Below are positions 1-8,874 of a stretch of 64,000 bases of DNA, in pieces. The notes beneath the pieces are model-generated. The model made no database searches. It saw nothing but the letters and a program-made list of their open reading frames with translations, and was not told where the DNA came from. Position numbers and translations under genes: made by a program. Positions within the stretch are counted from its first letter, which is position 1. The number at the start of each line of letters is the position of its first letter. Source of the DNA: a virus; IMG/VR virus record IMGVR_UViG_3300043570_001741, positions 93,714 through 157,713 of that record, one strand, 5' to 3'.

Positions 1-1
1 G

Positions 2-970
2 CGCTACTTGCGGAGGACCTCCAGCGGGTTGAGGACTTGTGGGTGCGGGACCTGCTTGTGTTGGACTAGGTTGTGCCGGATCCATTTGAGCAACGGATGG
101 GTTTTGATTTACATCTTGAGTTTGCGATACTGGACCCTGTTGTGTAGGTGTAGAAACTTGTTGTGATGGTTGAATCGCAACATTGATAGACTCAGGTAAT
201 GATTGTGTAGCAGTAGGCGTTGTATATGTGGTTGTAGGAATATAAGAAGTTGTAGGACTCAATATTGAATTTTTAATATTGGCTATGGCATATCCTGAAC
301 AAGTAGGGCTTGACAATGGATCAGCAATACAAGGATCAGGTTTAACTGAATACTTTAAACTGAAACTAACATTATAAATTTCAGGACCGTAATTACCAGA
401 CCAGAAATTATTATCTCTACCTACAAAACCTACTTGTGCATTACCAAGGGTTGCTACTGTATATGGTGTTGTAAATGTTTCGCTAAAGTTAAACTGTGTC
501 CAATTATATCGCCTGTTAGTTTGACTTGTGTAATCATAGTTAGCAACCTGATTACCAGTGCTCCCATACAATTTTACATATGCAGACAAATAGTCTTGCC
601 GGCCATCATCCCAACCGTTACCATTCTTAGCCATAAAACCAAAATTGAAACCGCTAAGTTGTACACCACTACCACCAATGGACAAAGCCTTGTTTATGCT
701 AACAATTTGATTTAAATCTACAGTACCATACGAGAAGTTAATAACACCGTTTGGTCGTACACTAGGATTTGGCCCGCAGTTTCCAGGTTGACCATACTGA
801 AAACACAATTGGTCAACGTACACACCATTATTCCATTTACTTGTCGTATCTGTAGGTGTACTACCGTAATTAATTAAATTGCCGGTAGTAGATATATCTT
901 GACTGTTAGAATAACTTGTGAACAAGAACGCCGAGAACAGCGCCAATGCCAATTTTCTTATGAGTGTCAT
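2..970 (-). CDS. Secreted protein, truncated at window edge: signal peptide, beta-rich domain, Cys pair, Pro/Gln/Thr-rich linker
   Basis: Not in the ORF track. Hand translation from ATG at 970: MTLIRKLALALFSAFLFTSYSNSQDISTTGNL...GPEIYNVSFSLKYSVKPDPCIADPLSSPTCSGY...QPAGGPPQVA, open to position 2. Confidence 0.85.
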   Translation of the reverse strand, partial: MTLIRKLALALFSAFLFTSYSNSQDISTTGNLINYGSTPTDTTSKWNNGVYVDQLCFQYGQPGNCGPNPSVRPNGVINFSYGTVDLNQIVSINKALSIGGSGVQLSGFNFGFMAKNGNGWDDGRQDYLSAYVKLYGSTGNQVANYDYTSQTNRRYNWTQFNFSETFTTPYTVATLGNAQVGFVGRDNNFWSGNYGPEIYNVSFSLKYSVKPDPCIADPLSSPTCSGYAIANIKNSILSPTTSYIPTTTYTTPTATQSLPESINVAIQPSQQVSTPTQQGPVSQTQDVNQNPSVAQMDPAQPSPTQAGPAPTSPQPAGGPPQVA

Positions 971-2066
971 CTGCTATTACCTTGTCAAGTGCTGGAATTT
1001 TTTCTGGATTTGCTTCCCAAGATGCTTTAGCTTGAGCACCAATTTGACCTTCATACGGGCAAGGTGTGCCTGCGGCCATCATAGCGTCAAACACTCTACG
1101 GTCTTGGCACATAGTAGCAACTGCAGCTACTTTCATACCCATATCATAAAGAGTCTTGGACAACTTCAGGCGTTCGCAATTCAGGTCTCTGACAGTACCA
1201 CCACTAGACACACCAAAAATCTGCGTCTGAACAGAACCAGAAGTTCCTGTTGAACACAAATCGGTATTTCCACCACTCATCATTGCCGGTGCAACAGCTG
1301 TTGGAGGAGGTTGAATAACTTTCTGAGTGATAGTTGATTCATTTATGTTACGATTCGTCATGTCACCAGAGTTAATGTTTTGGTTAACATTAGCATTTTG
1401 GTTAACACTTGTACTGGTACTGGCTGATGTTGAAGCATTGATATTACGATTGGTCATATCGCCACTATTCACATTATTGTTTTGGTTAACACTAGTGCTT
1501 GTATTAACGTTTGTATTTCTACTATCACTGGTTGAAGCATTGACATTGTTGTTATTGTATGTCATTGTACCGGTGTTTTCACTTTTATTGATATTGGTTG
1601 ATGTACTGGTGCTATTATTGTTATTGTTAAATGTCTGAGTTCCGCTATTGACGTTGTTGTTTGTGTTTACGCTGGTAGAGGTTGAAGCATTGACATTATT
1701 GTTATTGTTGGTCATTGTGCCGCTATTGACGTTATTATTGTTAAACGTCTGAGTACCAGAATTTACGTTGTTGTTATTGTTTGTATAAGTGACTGAACCA
1801 CTCATAACGTTGTTGTTGTTATTGTTGTTTGTCAGAGTACCGCTATTGACATTGTTATTGTTGTTGGTATTGGTACTTGTACTGCCAACTGTAGTTTGGT
1901 TGATATTGGTTATAGTGCCACTGTTAACATTATTTGTGTTAACGGTACTTGTGCTGGTGCTTGTGCTATTTGTGTCTACCAGACTTTTAGTATCATATGT
2001 GGTCTGAGCGAAAGCCCCGCCACCAATCATAACAAAAAGAAGCGCAGCTATCTTTTTGCGTAGCAT
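906..2066 (-). CDS. Secreted Asn/Thr-rich repeat protein with Cys-containing C-terminal domain
   Basis: Signal peptide ending AFA|Q; about 230 aa of NNNVNSGTxT repeats; C-terminal PPPTAVAP...CERLKLSKTLYDMGMKVAAV...GTPCP; AAGGA SD. Confidence 0.9.
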   Translation of the reverse strand: MLRKKIAALLFVMIGGGAFAQTTYDTKSLVDTNSTSTSTSTVNTNNVNSGTITNINQTTVGSTSTNTNNNNNVNSGTLTNNNNNNNVMSGSVTYTNNNNNVNSGTQTFNNNNVNSGTMTNNNNNVNASTSTSVNTNNNVNSGTQTFNNNNNSTSTSTNINKSENTGTMTYNNNNVNASTSDSRNTNVNTSTSVNQNNNVNSGDMTNRNINASTSASTSTSVNQNANVNQNINSGDMTNRNINESTITQKVIQPPPTAVAPAMMSGGNTDLCSTGTSGSVQTQIFGVSSGGTVRDLNCERLKLSKTLYDMGMKVAAVATMCQDRRVFDAMMAAGTPCPYEGQIGAQAKASWEANPEKIPALDKVIADDTHKKIGIGAVLGVLVHKLF

Positions 2067-2122
2067 TTCTTTTTCCTTTTATGTTTTTGTTTCCTATCAA
2101 ATGGTTCATTAAACTATATGGG

Positions 2123-2130
2123 TATTTATG
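2123..2130 (-). promoter_or_regulatory. T4-type late promoter (CATAAATA)
   Basis: One-mismatch variant of the gp55 consensus TATAAATA, about 55 nt upstream of the 2066 start. Confidence 0.6.
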
Positions 2131-2150
2131 CCTCCATTGACTCCACACGC

Positions 2151-2204
2151 TGTTGTTTTGGCACAACATAGGCTCTTGATTAATTTGACTACATATGTTA
2201 TACT
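2151..2204 (+). promoter_or_regulatory. Early sigma70 promoter with upstream TGTTG-N8-CAACA palindrome
   Basis: Palindrome 2151-2168; TTGATT 2176-2181, 17 bp spacer, TG-extended TATACT 2199-2204. Confidence 0.75.
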
Positions 2205-2226
2205 AGAACATAAACAAGGACTTTAT

Positions 2227-2493
2227 ATGTCAGATGGAATCTACATACTAAAGACGGCTGATGGTTTTCGTGTTACTTACTCAAAACGATATGATGATTT
2301 TGTGACAATTGAAGGCAAGTTGGTTGGTCTTTCGGTAAATGAATGTTTTGGTTCATGTGAACCTTTACGAACACAGGAAAATGCTATGGATGTGGCACAA
2401 CGGCTTGCGAGAAAATACCACGAAACCGATGATGGTATTTGTTTGATTGAAATAGGTAAAAAACAAACATTTGATGAAATTGTAGGAATTTAA
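2227..2493 (+). CDS. Hypothetical protein (start moved from 2128)
   Basis: AAGGA SD before ATG 2227, downstream of the promoter. Confidence 0.75.
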   Translation: MSDGIYILKTADGFRVTYSKRYDDFVTIEGKLVGLSVNECFGSCEPLRTQENAMDVAQRLARKYHETDDGICLIEIGKKQTFDEIVGI

Positions 2494-2494
2494 A

Positions 2495-3547
2495 ATGGCT
2501 ACTAGACATTTAAAAATTGAAGAACCAAAATTTATTAATGAGATGACCACTATTCAATTAATGAATAGTTTAAATTGGTATCATCAGAATAAAGAATATA
2601 AAGAAGGTGTTAATTACATCCAAGATTATGCCAAGAAGCATAAAATTGAAGGCCGTGTTGATACCTCAAAAAGCATTTTAACATTAGCTTGGGCTTGCCG
2701 TCTTGTGATGAACGGAAATGATATTGGTGAAAAAGGTCGAAACTTTTTAAATGCCGAAATCAGAAATGTCATGCAAAAAGAAGTTGAAGAAGCATCGGTT
2801 AAAGTTGATACAACACCGACAGTTTCAATTCAGGAAAGATTGCGTGAAAAGGTTGCAGAAATTGCTGGTGACCTTGAAGGTGCTATTGACGATTATATTG
2901 AAAATGACTTTGCCCACCCAGCGTCACCTTTTGCTATTATGCAAGACAGAGCTAAAGGCGTTCATGCACAAAGGTTGATTGAGCAGTTTAAGAAACGCAG
3001 GATTGAATTTGATGAAGTGTTACACACCAAAGATGCTGAAATTAAAGAAGGTTATGGCAACTTTACTAAACCACAACTGAAGAAGATTGTGGCTTTGTGT
3101 GATGCTATCATTACTGATGCCATGAAGATTGCTGGTGAAGCCAAAGTTAATCGTAAACCACGTAAACGTAAACAAAAATCTGCCGATGAATTGGTGGCTA
3201 AGATGAATTACTGCCAAGAGTTTGCAGAATTGAAGTTAAAATCGGTTGCACCAAAAGAAGTCATTGGTGCGTTACAAGTTTGGGTATATAATACCAAGAC
3301 TAGAAAATTAGGTTGTTATCATGCAGAAGATGCTGGCGGCATTTCAGTCAAAGGGTCATCGCTGTTGAATTTCAATGAGACCAAATCGGTACAGAAGAAA
3401 CTCAGAAAACCAGAAGTTACTTTGCCTGAAGTATTGAAAGGTGGCAAAATTTATCTAAGAAGTGCAATAGATAACATTAAAGCTGTAGATTCAGCCTTGA
3501 CAGGACGTATCAATGGTGATACAATCTTGGTGCGCTGTATTAAATAA
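2495..3547 (+). CDS. Hypothetical phage protein, 350 aa, basic C-terminal half
   Basis: Long ORF in operon; no recognised motif. Confidence 0.8.
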   Translation: MATRHLKIEEPKFINEMTTIQLMNSLNWYHQNKEYKEGVNYIQDYAKKHKIEGRVDTSKSILTLAWACRLVMNGNDIGEKGRNFLNAEIRNVMQKEVEEASVKVDTTPTVSIQERLREKVAEIAGDLEGAIDDYIENDFAHPASPFAIMQDRAKGVHAQRLIEQFKKRRIEFDEVLHTKDAEIKEGYGNFTKPQLKKIVALCDAIITDAMKIAGEAKVNRKPRKRKQKSADELVAKMNYCQEFAELKLKSVAPKEVIGALQVWVYNTKTRKLGCYHAEDAGGISVKGSSLLNFNETKSVQKKLRKPEVTLPEVLKGGKIYLRSAIDNIKAVDSALTGRINGDTILVRCIK

Positions 3548-3555
3548 GGATTATT

Positions 3556-4389
3556 ATGAAGATTGCTGTTTGTTCCGATATTCACCTAGAATTCGGTCCT
3601 ATTGAATTAGAAAACACCGACAATGCCGATGTGCTGATATTGTCTGGTGACATTTGTGTAGCTAAAGACTTGCCTTATAGTGATTCTAAAAAGGGTGGTA
3701 TAGCTAGAGACTTTTTTAGAATGTGTGCTTTGAGATTTCCGCATGTACTCTATGTTATGGGTAATCATGAGCATTATAATGGAGATTTTGCCAAGAGTGC
3801 CAAGATTATCAAAGAAGAACTTGCTCAATATGCTAATGTCCATCTACTTGATAAAGAAATCAAATTGATTGGTGATGTTACCTTTATTGGTGGAACATTG
3901 TGGACTGATATGAACAAGGAAGATGGAATCACTTTATATCATATGAAAACTATGATGAATGATTTTATGTGTGTAACAAATGCAAACCGAGAAACGTCTT
4001 ATAAAGATGAAGGTGGAATGAATCATACAAGAAAAACTCGCTTTACTCCAGAAGATGCGGTTGAAGACCACAAAAAAATGGTAGGTTACATTAAACAAAT
4101 TGTTGTTGAGAAGCCTGATGAGAAATTTGTTGTGGTTGGCCATCATGCGCCAAGTAAAGCTTCTACTCATCCTAGATATATCAAAGAAGAAATTATGAAT
4201 GGTGGATATAGCTCTGATTTGTCGGAGTTTATACTAGATAGGCCACAAATTAAATTGTGGACACATGGACATACGCATGAAGAATTCGATTACATGATTG
4301 GGTCTACCCGTATTGTTTGCAACCCACGTGGTTACATTAATTACGAAGACCGTGCTGATAAATTTACTTTAAAAACTGTGGAGATTTAA
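3556..4389 (+). CDS. Calcineurin-like metallophosphoesterase
   Basis: SDIH, GD, GNHE, HH and HGHTH motifs. Confidence 0.9.
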   Translation: MKIAVCSDIHLEFGPIELENTDNADVLILSGDICVAKDLPYSDSKKGGIARDFFRMCALRFPHVLYVMGNHEHYNGDFAKSAKIIKEELAQYANVHLLDKEIKLIGDVTFIGGTLWTDMNKEDGITLYHMKTMMNDFMCVTNANRETSYKDEGGMNHTRKTRFTPEDAVEDHKKMVGYIKQIVVEKPDEKFVVVGHHAPSKASTHPRYIKEEIMNGGYSSDLSEFILDRPQIKLWTHGHTHEEFDYMIGSTRIVCNPRGYINYEDRADKFTLKTVEI

Positions 4390-4390
4390 A

Positions 4391-4912
4391 ATGGGATACA
4401 ATTATAGCCGATACGAAGAACTAGTCACGATGCTCATGGAAGCTTCATGGCGTGACCCCGAAGATTTGGAAATTGGTAGGGATATTTCAGACCAACCAGA
4501 AGTTAAAATTATTTTTGATGGTTATGGTGATTTAGAAATTGACAATGGTGTTGATGAGTATCAATATAAAGAAGGTGGCAACACCAAGATGGAATCATAT
4601 GCCATCTTTATTCACAAGGATGCATTAGAACCTGAGTTTATATTCCCTGAGCATGAGCTGACTCCTTGGGCTTTGATTCATAGACCAAAAGAAGAAATCT
4701 GCATCTATGCATGGTATGACGTAGAGAATGACATTTGGGATATCTTACCAATTGAAGATAGGCTAGATGAAGATAATACAATGACTGCCGAAGATGTAAT
4801 GGTAATACTTGAAGGCCTCTATGAGTATTATTTTAAACCATGGGAAGGCAAGTTTACGAATGACCCCGAAACTGGTTTGCCTAATTGGCCATTCCCTACC
4901 GCCAAACCTTAA
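4391..4912 (+). CDS. Acidic hypothetical protein
   Basis: ORF with GGAG SD; D/E-rich. Confidence 0.75.
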   Translation: MGYNYSRYEELVTMLMEASWRDPEDLEIGRDISDQPEVKIIFDGYGDLEIDNGVDEYQYKEGGNTKMESYAIFIHKDALEPEFIFPEHELTPWALIHRPKEEICIYAWYDVENDIWDILPIEDRLDEDNTMTAEDVMVILEGLYEYYFKPWEGKFTNDPETGLPNWPFPTAKP

Positions 4913-4938
4913 TTATTGCCTCACTAGTGATGAATTTG

Positions 4939-4947
4939 TGATATACT
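4939..4947 (+). promoter_or_regulatory. Extended -10 promoter (TGnTATACT) for rnh
   Basis: TGATATACT ending 6 nt before ATG 4954; no SD. Confidence 0.55.
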
Positions 4948-4953
4948 GACTGT

Positions 4954-5802
4954 ATGATTATATTTGATTTTAACCAAGTTGCTATTTCTAATCTGATGGA
5001 ACAAATCGGTTCGTCTAAGACTGCGGTCGAAGAAAGTCTGGTTCGCCACATGATTCTTAATAGCTTGCGTACCTATGTGAAGAAGTTTCGTGACTCACAT
5101 GGGCCAGAAGTTATCATTGCTTGCGACAATAAAAAATATTGGCGCCGTGATATCTTCCCACACTATAAAGCCAGTCGGAAGAAAATGCGTGAGGCATCTG
5201 GACATGATTGGGTTACTATCTTTGAATGTTTGAGTAAAATCAAACAAGAATTGAAAGACCATTCTCCATATAAAGTTATTGATGTTGACTCATGCGAAGC
5301 TGATGATGTTATTGCTGTATTGGCAACAAAATACTCAGCTACTCAAAAGGTTATGATTCTGTCAAGTGATAAAGACTTTGCTCAATTGCAAAAGTTTCCT
5401 AACGTAGAACAGTATTCACCAATTCTAAAGAAGTTCATTCGTGAGCCTTTACCTTCAGCTCAACTCAAACAACTTATTATTCGAGGAGACAAAGGCGATG
5501 GCATCCCTAATATTCTTAGTGCTGATGATTGCTTTATTACTGCGACTAGGCAGAAACCAATAACTGAAGCAAAAATCATTAATTGGATGAATCAGCAACC
5601 TTCAGAGTTTTGTAATGAAGATATGATGAGGAACTATTCTCGTAATGAGAATTTGATTGATTTGACGATGATTCCGTCAACTCTGAAGGTTGCTATACTA
5701 GATACCTATGATAACACCAAAGGTAAGACTAAACAAGAGTTTATGAACTATCTGATGGTGAATCGACTTAAAAATTTGTTAGAAGTAATTGATGAATTTT
5801 GA
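4954..5802 (+). CDS. rnh: T4-like RNase H / 5'-3' exonuclease
   Basis: WRR..FPHYKASR, EADDVIA, SSDKDFAQLQ and GDKGDGIPNILS motifs. Confidence 0.95.
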   Translation: MIIFDFNQVAISNLMEQIGSSKTAVEESLVRHMILNSLRTYVKKFRDSHGPEVIIACDNKKYWRRDIFPHYKASRKKMREASGHDWVTIFECLSKIKQELKDHSPYKVIDVDSCEADDVIAVLATKYSATQKVMILSSDKDFAQLQKFPNVEQYSPILKKFIREPLPSAQLKQLIIRGDKGDGIPNILSADDCFITATRQKPITEAKIINWMNQQPSEFCNEDMMRNYSRNENLIDLTMIPSTLKVAILDTYDNTKGKTKQEFMNYLMVNRLKNLLEVIDEF

Positions 5803-5820
5803 TATAACCCACTTGAGAAC

Positions 5821-6252
5821 ATGATGAGCTCTGAAAAACTATACTCCGAAATTTTTGAAGATTTCGATAAATGCAAAAACAAAGAAGAACGTATTGGCGT
5901 GTTACGGAAGAATTTTCATCCACGCTTTGCTGAATTCTTGCAAATGGCATTTCACCCAAATATTGAATTTGATGTACCAATCCCGAATTACAGACCGGCA
6001 ACTGAACCTGCTGGTTTGAATTTCTCGTATATTGATACTGAGATTTCTAAGATGTATCGATTCATTAAAGGTCATCCAAAACGACCTGAAGGATTGACAC
6101 CACATAAACAAACTAGTATTCTGTTGGTCATTCTAGAATCACTACATAAAGACGAAGCTGAACTGCTTGTTAAATTGTTCAAAAAAGATTTAGGTGTAAA
6201 ATACCTAACATTGAATCTTGTTAAAGAAGCATATCCAACTTTAAACATTTAA
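5821..6252 (+). CDS. Conserved T4-like phage protein (DUF6433-like)
   Basis: LESLHKDEAELL...LVKEAYP pattern and position directly after rnh. Confidence 0.65.
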   Translation: MMSSEKLYSEIFEDFDKCKNKEERIGVLRKNFHPRFAEFLQMAFHPNIEFDVPIPNYRPATEPAGLNFSYIDTEISKMYRFIKGHPKRPEGLTPHKQTSILLVILESLHKDEAELLVKLFKKDLGVKYLTLNLVKEAYPTLNI

Positions 6253-6253
6253 A

Positions 6254-6679
6254 ATGAAATTTGTTGTTGTGACGGGTGGGTTTGATCCCATCCATTCTGG
6301 TCATATTGAATATATACGTGAAGCTGCCAAGCTTGGTGATGTGTTGATTGTTGGTGTAAATTCTGATGAATGGTTGACTCGTAAAAAAGGTAAACCATTT
6401 ATGAATTGGAATGAACGATCCATTATCGTTAATGAATTGCGACACGTTGATTTTGTTTTGAAGTTTGATGACTCTGATGATTCTGCTTGTAGTTTATTAG
6501 AAGACTTGAAAAGAAGCTGGATTGGTAAAGGTGATGAGATTATCTTTGCAAATGGTGGTGATAGAAACAACACAAACAACCGTGAAGTTAAAGTTGAAGG
6601 TATAACATTTGTATATGGAGTTGGTGGCTCAAATAAAATGAATTCATCATCCGATATTTTGAAAGCGTGGAAAGAATGA
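6254..6679 (+). CDS. Cytidylyltransferase-like nucleotidyltransferase (TagD/RfaE-II family)
   Basis: GGFDPIHSGH (HxGH), GVNSDEWL.RKKG and FANGGDR motifs. Confidence 0.9.
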   Translation: MKFVVVTGGFDPIHSGHIEYIREAAKLGDVLIVGVNSDEWLTRKKGKPFMNWNERSIIVNELRHVDFVLKFDDSDDSACSLLEDLKRSWIGKGDEIIFANGGDRNNTNNREVKVEGITFVYGVGGSNKMNSSSDILKAWKE

Positions 6680-7428
6680 AAGTAGCAGTAATAACTCCTA
6701 CAATTGGTTCAGAGTATTTGCAACAATGCATTAACTCTGTAGATAAACAAACTTATGAAAATTTAACCCATTACATTTTTGTTGATGGTGCTCAGTACGA
6801 GGAAAAGGTCAATGATACAATTCAAGGCGCTACCAAAGTCAAAACCATCCGTCTTGAGGAGAATGTTGGTAAAGGTTGGTATGGCCACAGGGTTTACTCC
6901 GCTTGTTCTTTTCTTGTTAATGCTGATGTAATTTGTTATTTGGATGAGGACAATTGGTTTGACAGTTGCCATGTAGAAAAACTTGTCAAGAAAATTCAAG
7001 CTGGAAATGATTGGGCATATTCTTTAAGGAAAATTTATGATAAAGATGCAAACTACCTCTTTGAGGACAACTGTGAAAGCCTTGGTAAATGGCCTGTATA
7101 TTTTGATGACCAAGTATTCCATATTGATACCTCAAGTTTTGCTGTTAAGCGTGACGTTGCTGCTCGCATCGGGCATGCTTGGTATGGCCAATGGGGCGCA
7201 GATAGGCAATTCTTTGCTAACTTGAAACAACACTTTCCAAGATTTGAATGCTCTAACACACATACACTTTGCTATCGTTTAGATGGTAATGATAATTCTG
7301 TTAAATCAGATTTCTTTGTTGGTGGTAATGAAAAGATGGAAGCAAAATATGGAAAAGATTTTCCATGGAAAAAACAAAACAACTTCCATAAGATTCAAAT
7401 TGCACCAGGTATTGTGATTGTAGAATGA
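6676..7428 (+). CDS. GT2 family glycosyltransferase
   Basis: VAVITPT...L..CINSV..QTY N-terminus, YLDEDN DxD motif; ATGA overlap with the previous stop. Confidence 0.88.
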   Translation: MKVAVITPTIGSEYLQQCINSVDKQTYENLTHYIFVDGAQYEEKVNDTIQGATKVKTIRLEENVGKGWYGHRVYSACSFLVNADVICYLDEDNWFDSCHVEKLVKKIQAGNDWAYSLRKIYDKDANYLFEDNCESLGKWPVYFDDQVFHIDTSSFAVKRDVAARIGHAWYGQWGADRQFFANLKQHFPRFECSNTHTLCYRLDGNDNSVKSDFFVGGNEKMEAKYGKDFPWKKQNNFHKIQIAPGIVIVE

Positions 7429-7925
7429 TTGAGTTTACAGACCTAGAAGAAGTATTGTTGGTCACACCTCCTATGGTCTTTGAAGATTTCCGTGGAACAA
7501 ACGTAGAAATTTTCAATAAAGCCTTGTATGGGAATGGTGTCTTAGATAAAGTCAAATGGAAAATTGATAGTGTCAGCACATCGAGGCAACATGTCTTACG
7601 TGGTGTTCACGGAGACGAAAAGACCTACAAGTTGATTAGTTGTCTTTATGGTACAATCTATTTGTTGGTCGTTGATAATAGACCTTGGTCGCCACAATAT
7701 AAAGAGTGGACATCTTTTACTTTATCCGACAAGAATCACAAACAAGTTTTAGTACCACCAGGCTTTGGCAATGGCCATCTGGTTATGTCTGAAACTGCGG
7801 TGTTTCATTACAAGTGGTCGGAGTATTATGACCAAGAAGCACAATTTACAATCAAATGGAATGATCCAGAATATGAATTCTGGTGGCCAGTTAAACACCC
7901 TATTTTATCCCTAAGAGATTACTAA
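7425..7925 (+). CDS. rmlC: dTDP-4-dehydrorhamnose 3,5-epimerase-like cupin
   Basis: FEDFRG, VLRGVH, VPPGFGNGH, YKWSEYY and WNDP...WP motifs. Confidence 0.88.
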   Translation: MIEFTDLEEVLLVTPPMVFEDFRGTNVEIFNKALYGNGVLDKVKWKIDSVSTSRQHVLRGVHGDEKTYKLISCLYGTIYLLVVDNRPWSPQYKEWTSFTLSDKNHKQVLVPPGFGNGHLVMSETAVFHYKWSEYYDQEAQFTIKWNDPEYEFWWPVKHPILSLRDY

Positions 7926-8488
7926 TGAAAAAAGAAGACTTGATGATTCCTGCCGAAGAAAAGATTAGTATCGGTTTATTGAACGCACACGTACATTTTC
8001 TCTCAGGCGAAATTAATGAGGAAACTGTAAAGAGTGCTATTCAATGGATTGTATATGAAAACTTGAATACGTCAAGTGATACTCCCCTCAGTTTGTATAT
8101 CAATTCAACTGGTGGTGATTTGAGTGAAGCTTTTGCACTTACAGATATAATGCGTAATTCAAATCGTGTTATCAGAACGTTTGGTTTGGGTTCAGTATGC
8201 TCAGCCGCCTTTTTAATCTTTGCTTCAGGAACTCAGGGGCATAGATATATCGCTAAGAATACCAGTATTATGTGTCACCAATATGCTTCTGAAATGAATG
8301 GTAAATACCATGACATGAAAGCCTATGTACGTGAAAGTGAGCTTGCTAATACCCGAATGAATAAGTTATTGCAAGAATGTACTGGTATGGATTCTAGAAG
8401 CGTTAAAACTAAACTTCTTCCACCAAGTGATGTTTGGTTTACCGCTGAAGAATTAGTAGAACTAAGTGTAGCAGACCAAATTTTTTAG
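7925..8488 (+). CDS. clpP: ClpP-like serine protease subunit
   Basis: LYINSTGG, catalytic Ser in CSAAFLIFASG, His in MCHQ, Asp in DVWFTAEE. Confidence 0.88.
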   Translation: MKKEDLMIPAEEKISIGLLNAHVHFLSGEINEETVKSAIQWIVYENLNTSSDTPLSLYINSTGGDLSEAFALTDIMRNSNRVIRTFGLGSVCSAAFLIFASGTQGHRYIAKNTSIMCHQYASEMNGKYHDMKAYVRESELANTRMNKLLQECTGMDSRSVKTKLLPPSDVWFTAEELVELSVADQIF

Positions 8489-8505
8489 GAGAAGTGTTTT
8501 CTAGT

Positions 8506-8658
8506 ATGTTAAGCGGCGGTAAAAAGGTTGAAAAACCTCAAAGAACAAAATTTAGAAAGAATACGGATAATTTGAATCAGAAGAATTCGAATAAACCGAA
8601 ACACCATGACCGATCCTTTTATCGGTTAGTAAAAGAGGAAAAAGAATATGTCTTATAG
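8506..8658 (+). CDS. Small basic hypothetical protein, 50 aa (possible in-frame GTG start at 8494)
   Basis: Hand translation MLSGGKKVEKPQRTKFRK...; AGGAG upstream. Confidence 0.6.
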   Translation: MLSGGKKVEKPQRTKFRKNTDNLNQKNSNKPKHHDRSFYRLVKEEKEYVL

Positions 8659-8815
8659 AAATAACCTCAGAGAACGAATTGCTGAATTGCAAAAAGAAAT
8701 TACCGAAGACAAAGGTCAAATCGAAGCCTTGAAAAAAGAATTGAAAAGACTTGAAATGGCTGAATTTGAAGAAGATTTGTCGGAAGAATCTAATCAGCAA
8801 CTACTAAAAGGTTGA
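8648..8815 (+). CDS. Small coiled-coil protein, 55 aa
   Basis: Hand translation MSYRNNLRERIAELQKEITEDKGQIEALKKELKRLEMAEFEED...; GAGG SD. Confidence 0.7.
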   Translation: MSYRNNLRERIAELQKEITEDKGQIEALKKELKRLEMAEFEEDLSEESNQQLLKG

Positions 8816-8868
8816 TGTTGTTTTAATACAACAACCCGCTTGACATTTCCATCAATATCTGTTAAGGT
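8816..8868 (+). promoter_or_regulatory. Early sigma70 promoter with TGTTG-N8-CAACA palindrome
   Basis: Palindrome 8816-8833; TTGACA 8840-8845, 17 bp spacer, TG-extended TAAGGT 8863-8868. Confidence 0.75.
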
Positions 8869-8874
8869 ATTGGT

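Noticed and set aside
434-2007. Plus-strand ORFs at 434, 918, 1327 and 1789, including Leu/Val-rich apparent membrane proteins
   Set aside because: They are antisense shadows of the Asn/Thr codons of the real minus-strand genes. The same applies to most short antisense or nested ORFs in the track.
8552-8800. Minus-strand Phe-rich 82-aa ORF
   Set aside because: Shadow of two Lys/Glu-rich plus-strand small genes that have SDs.
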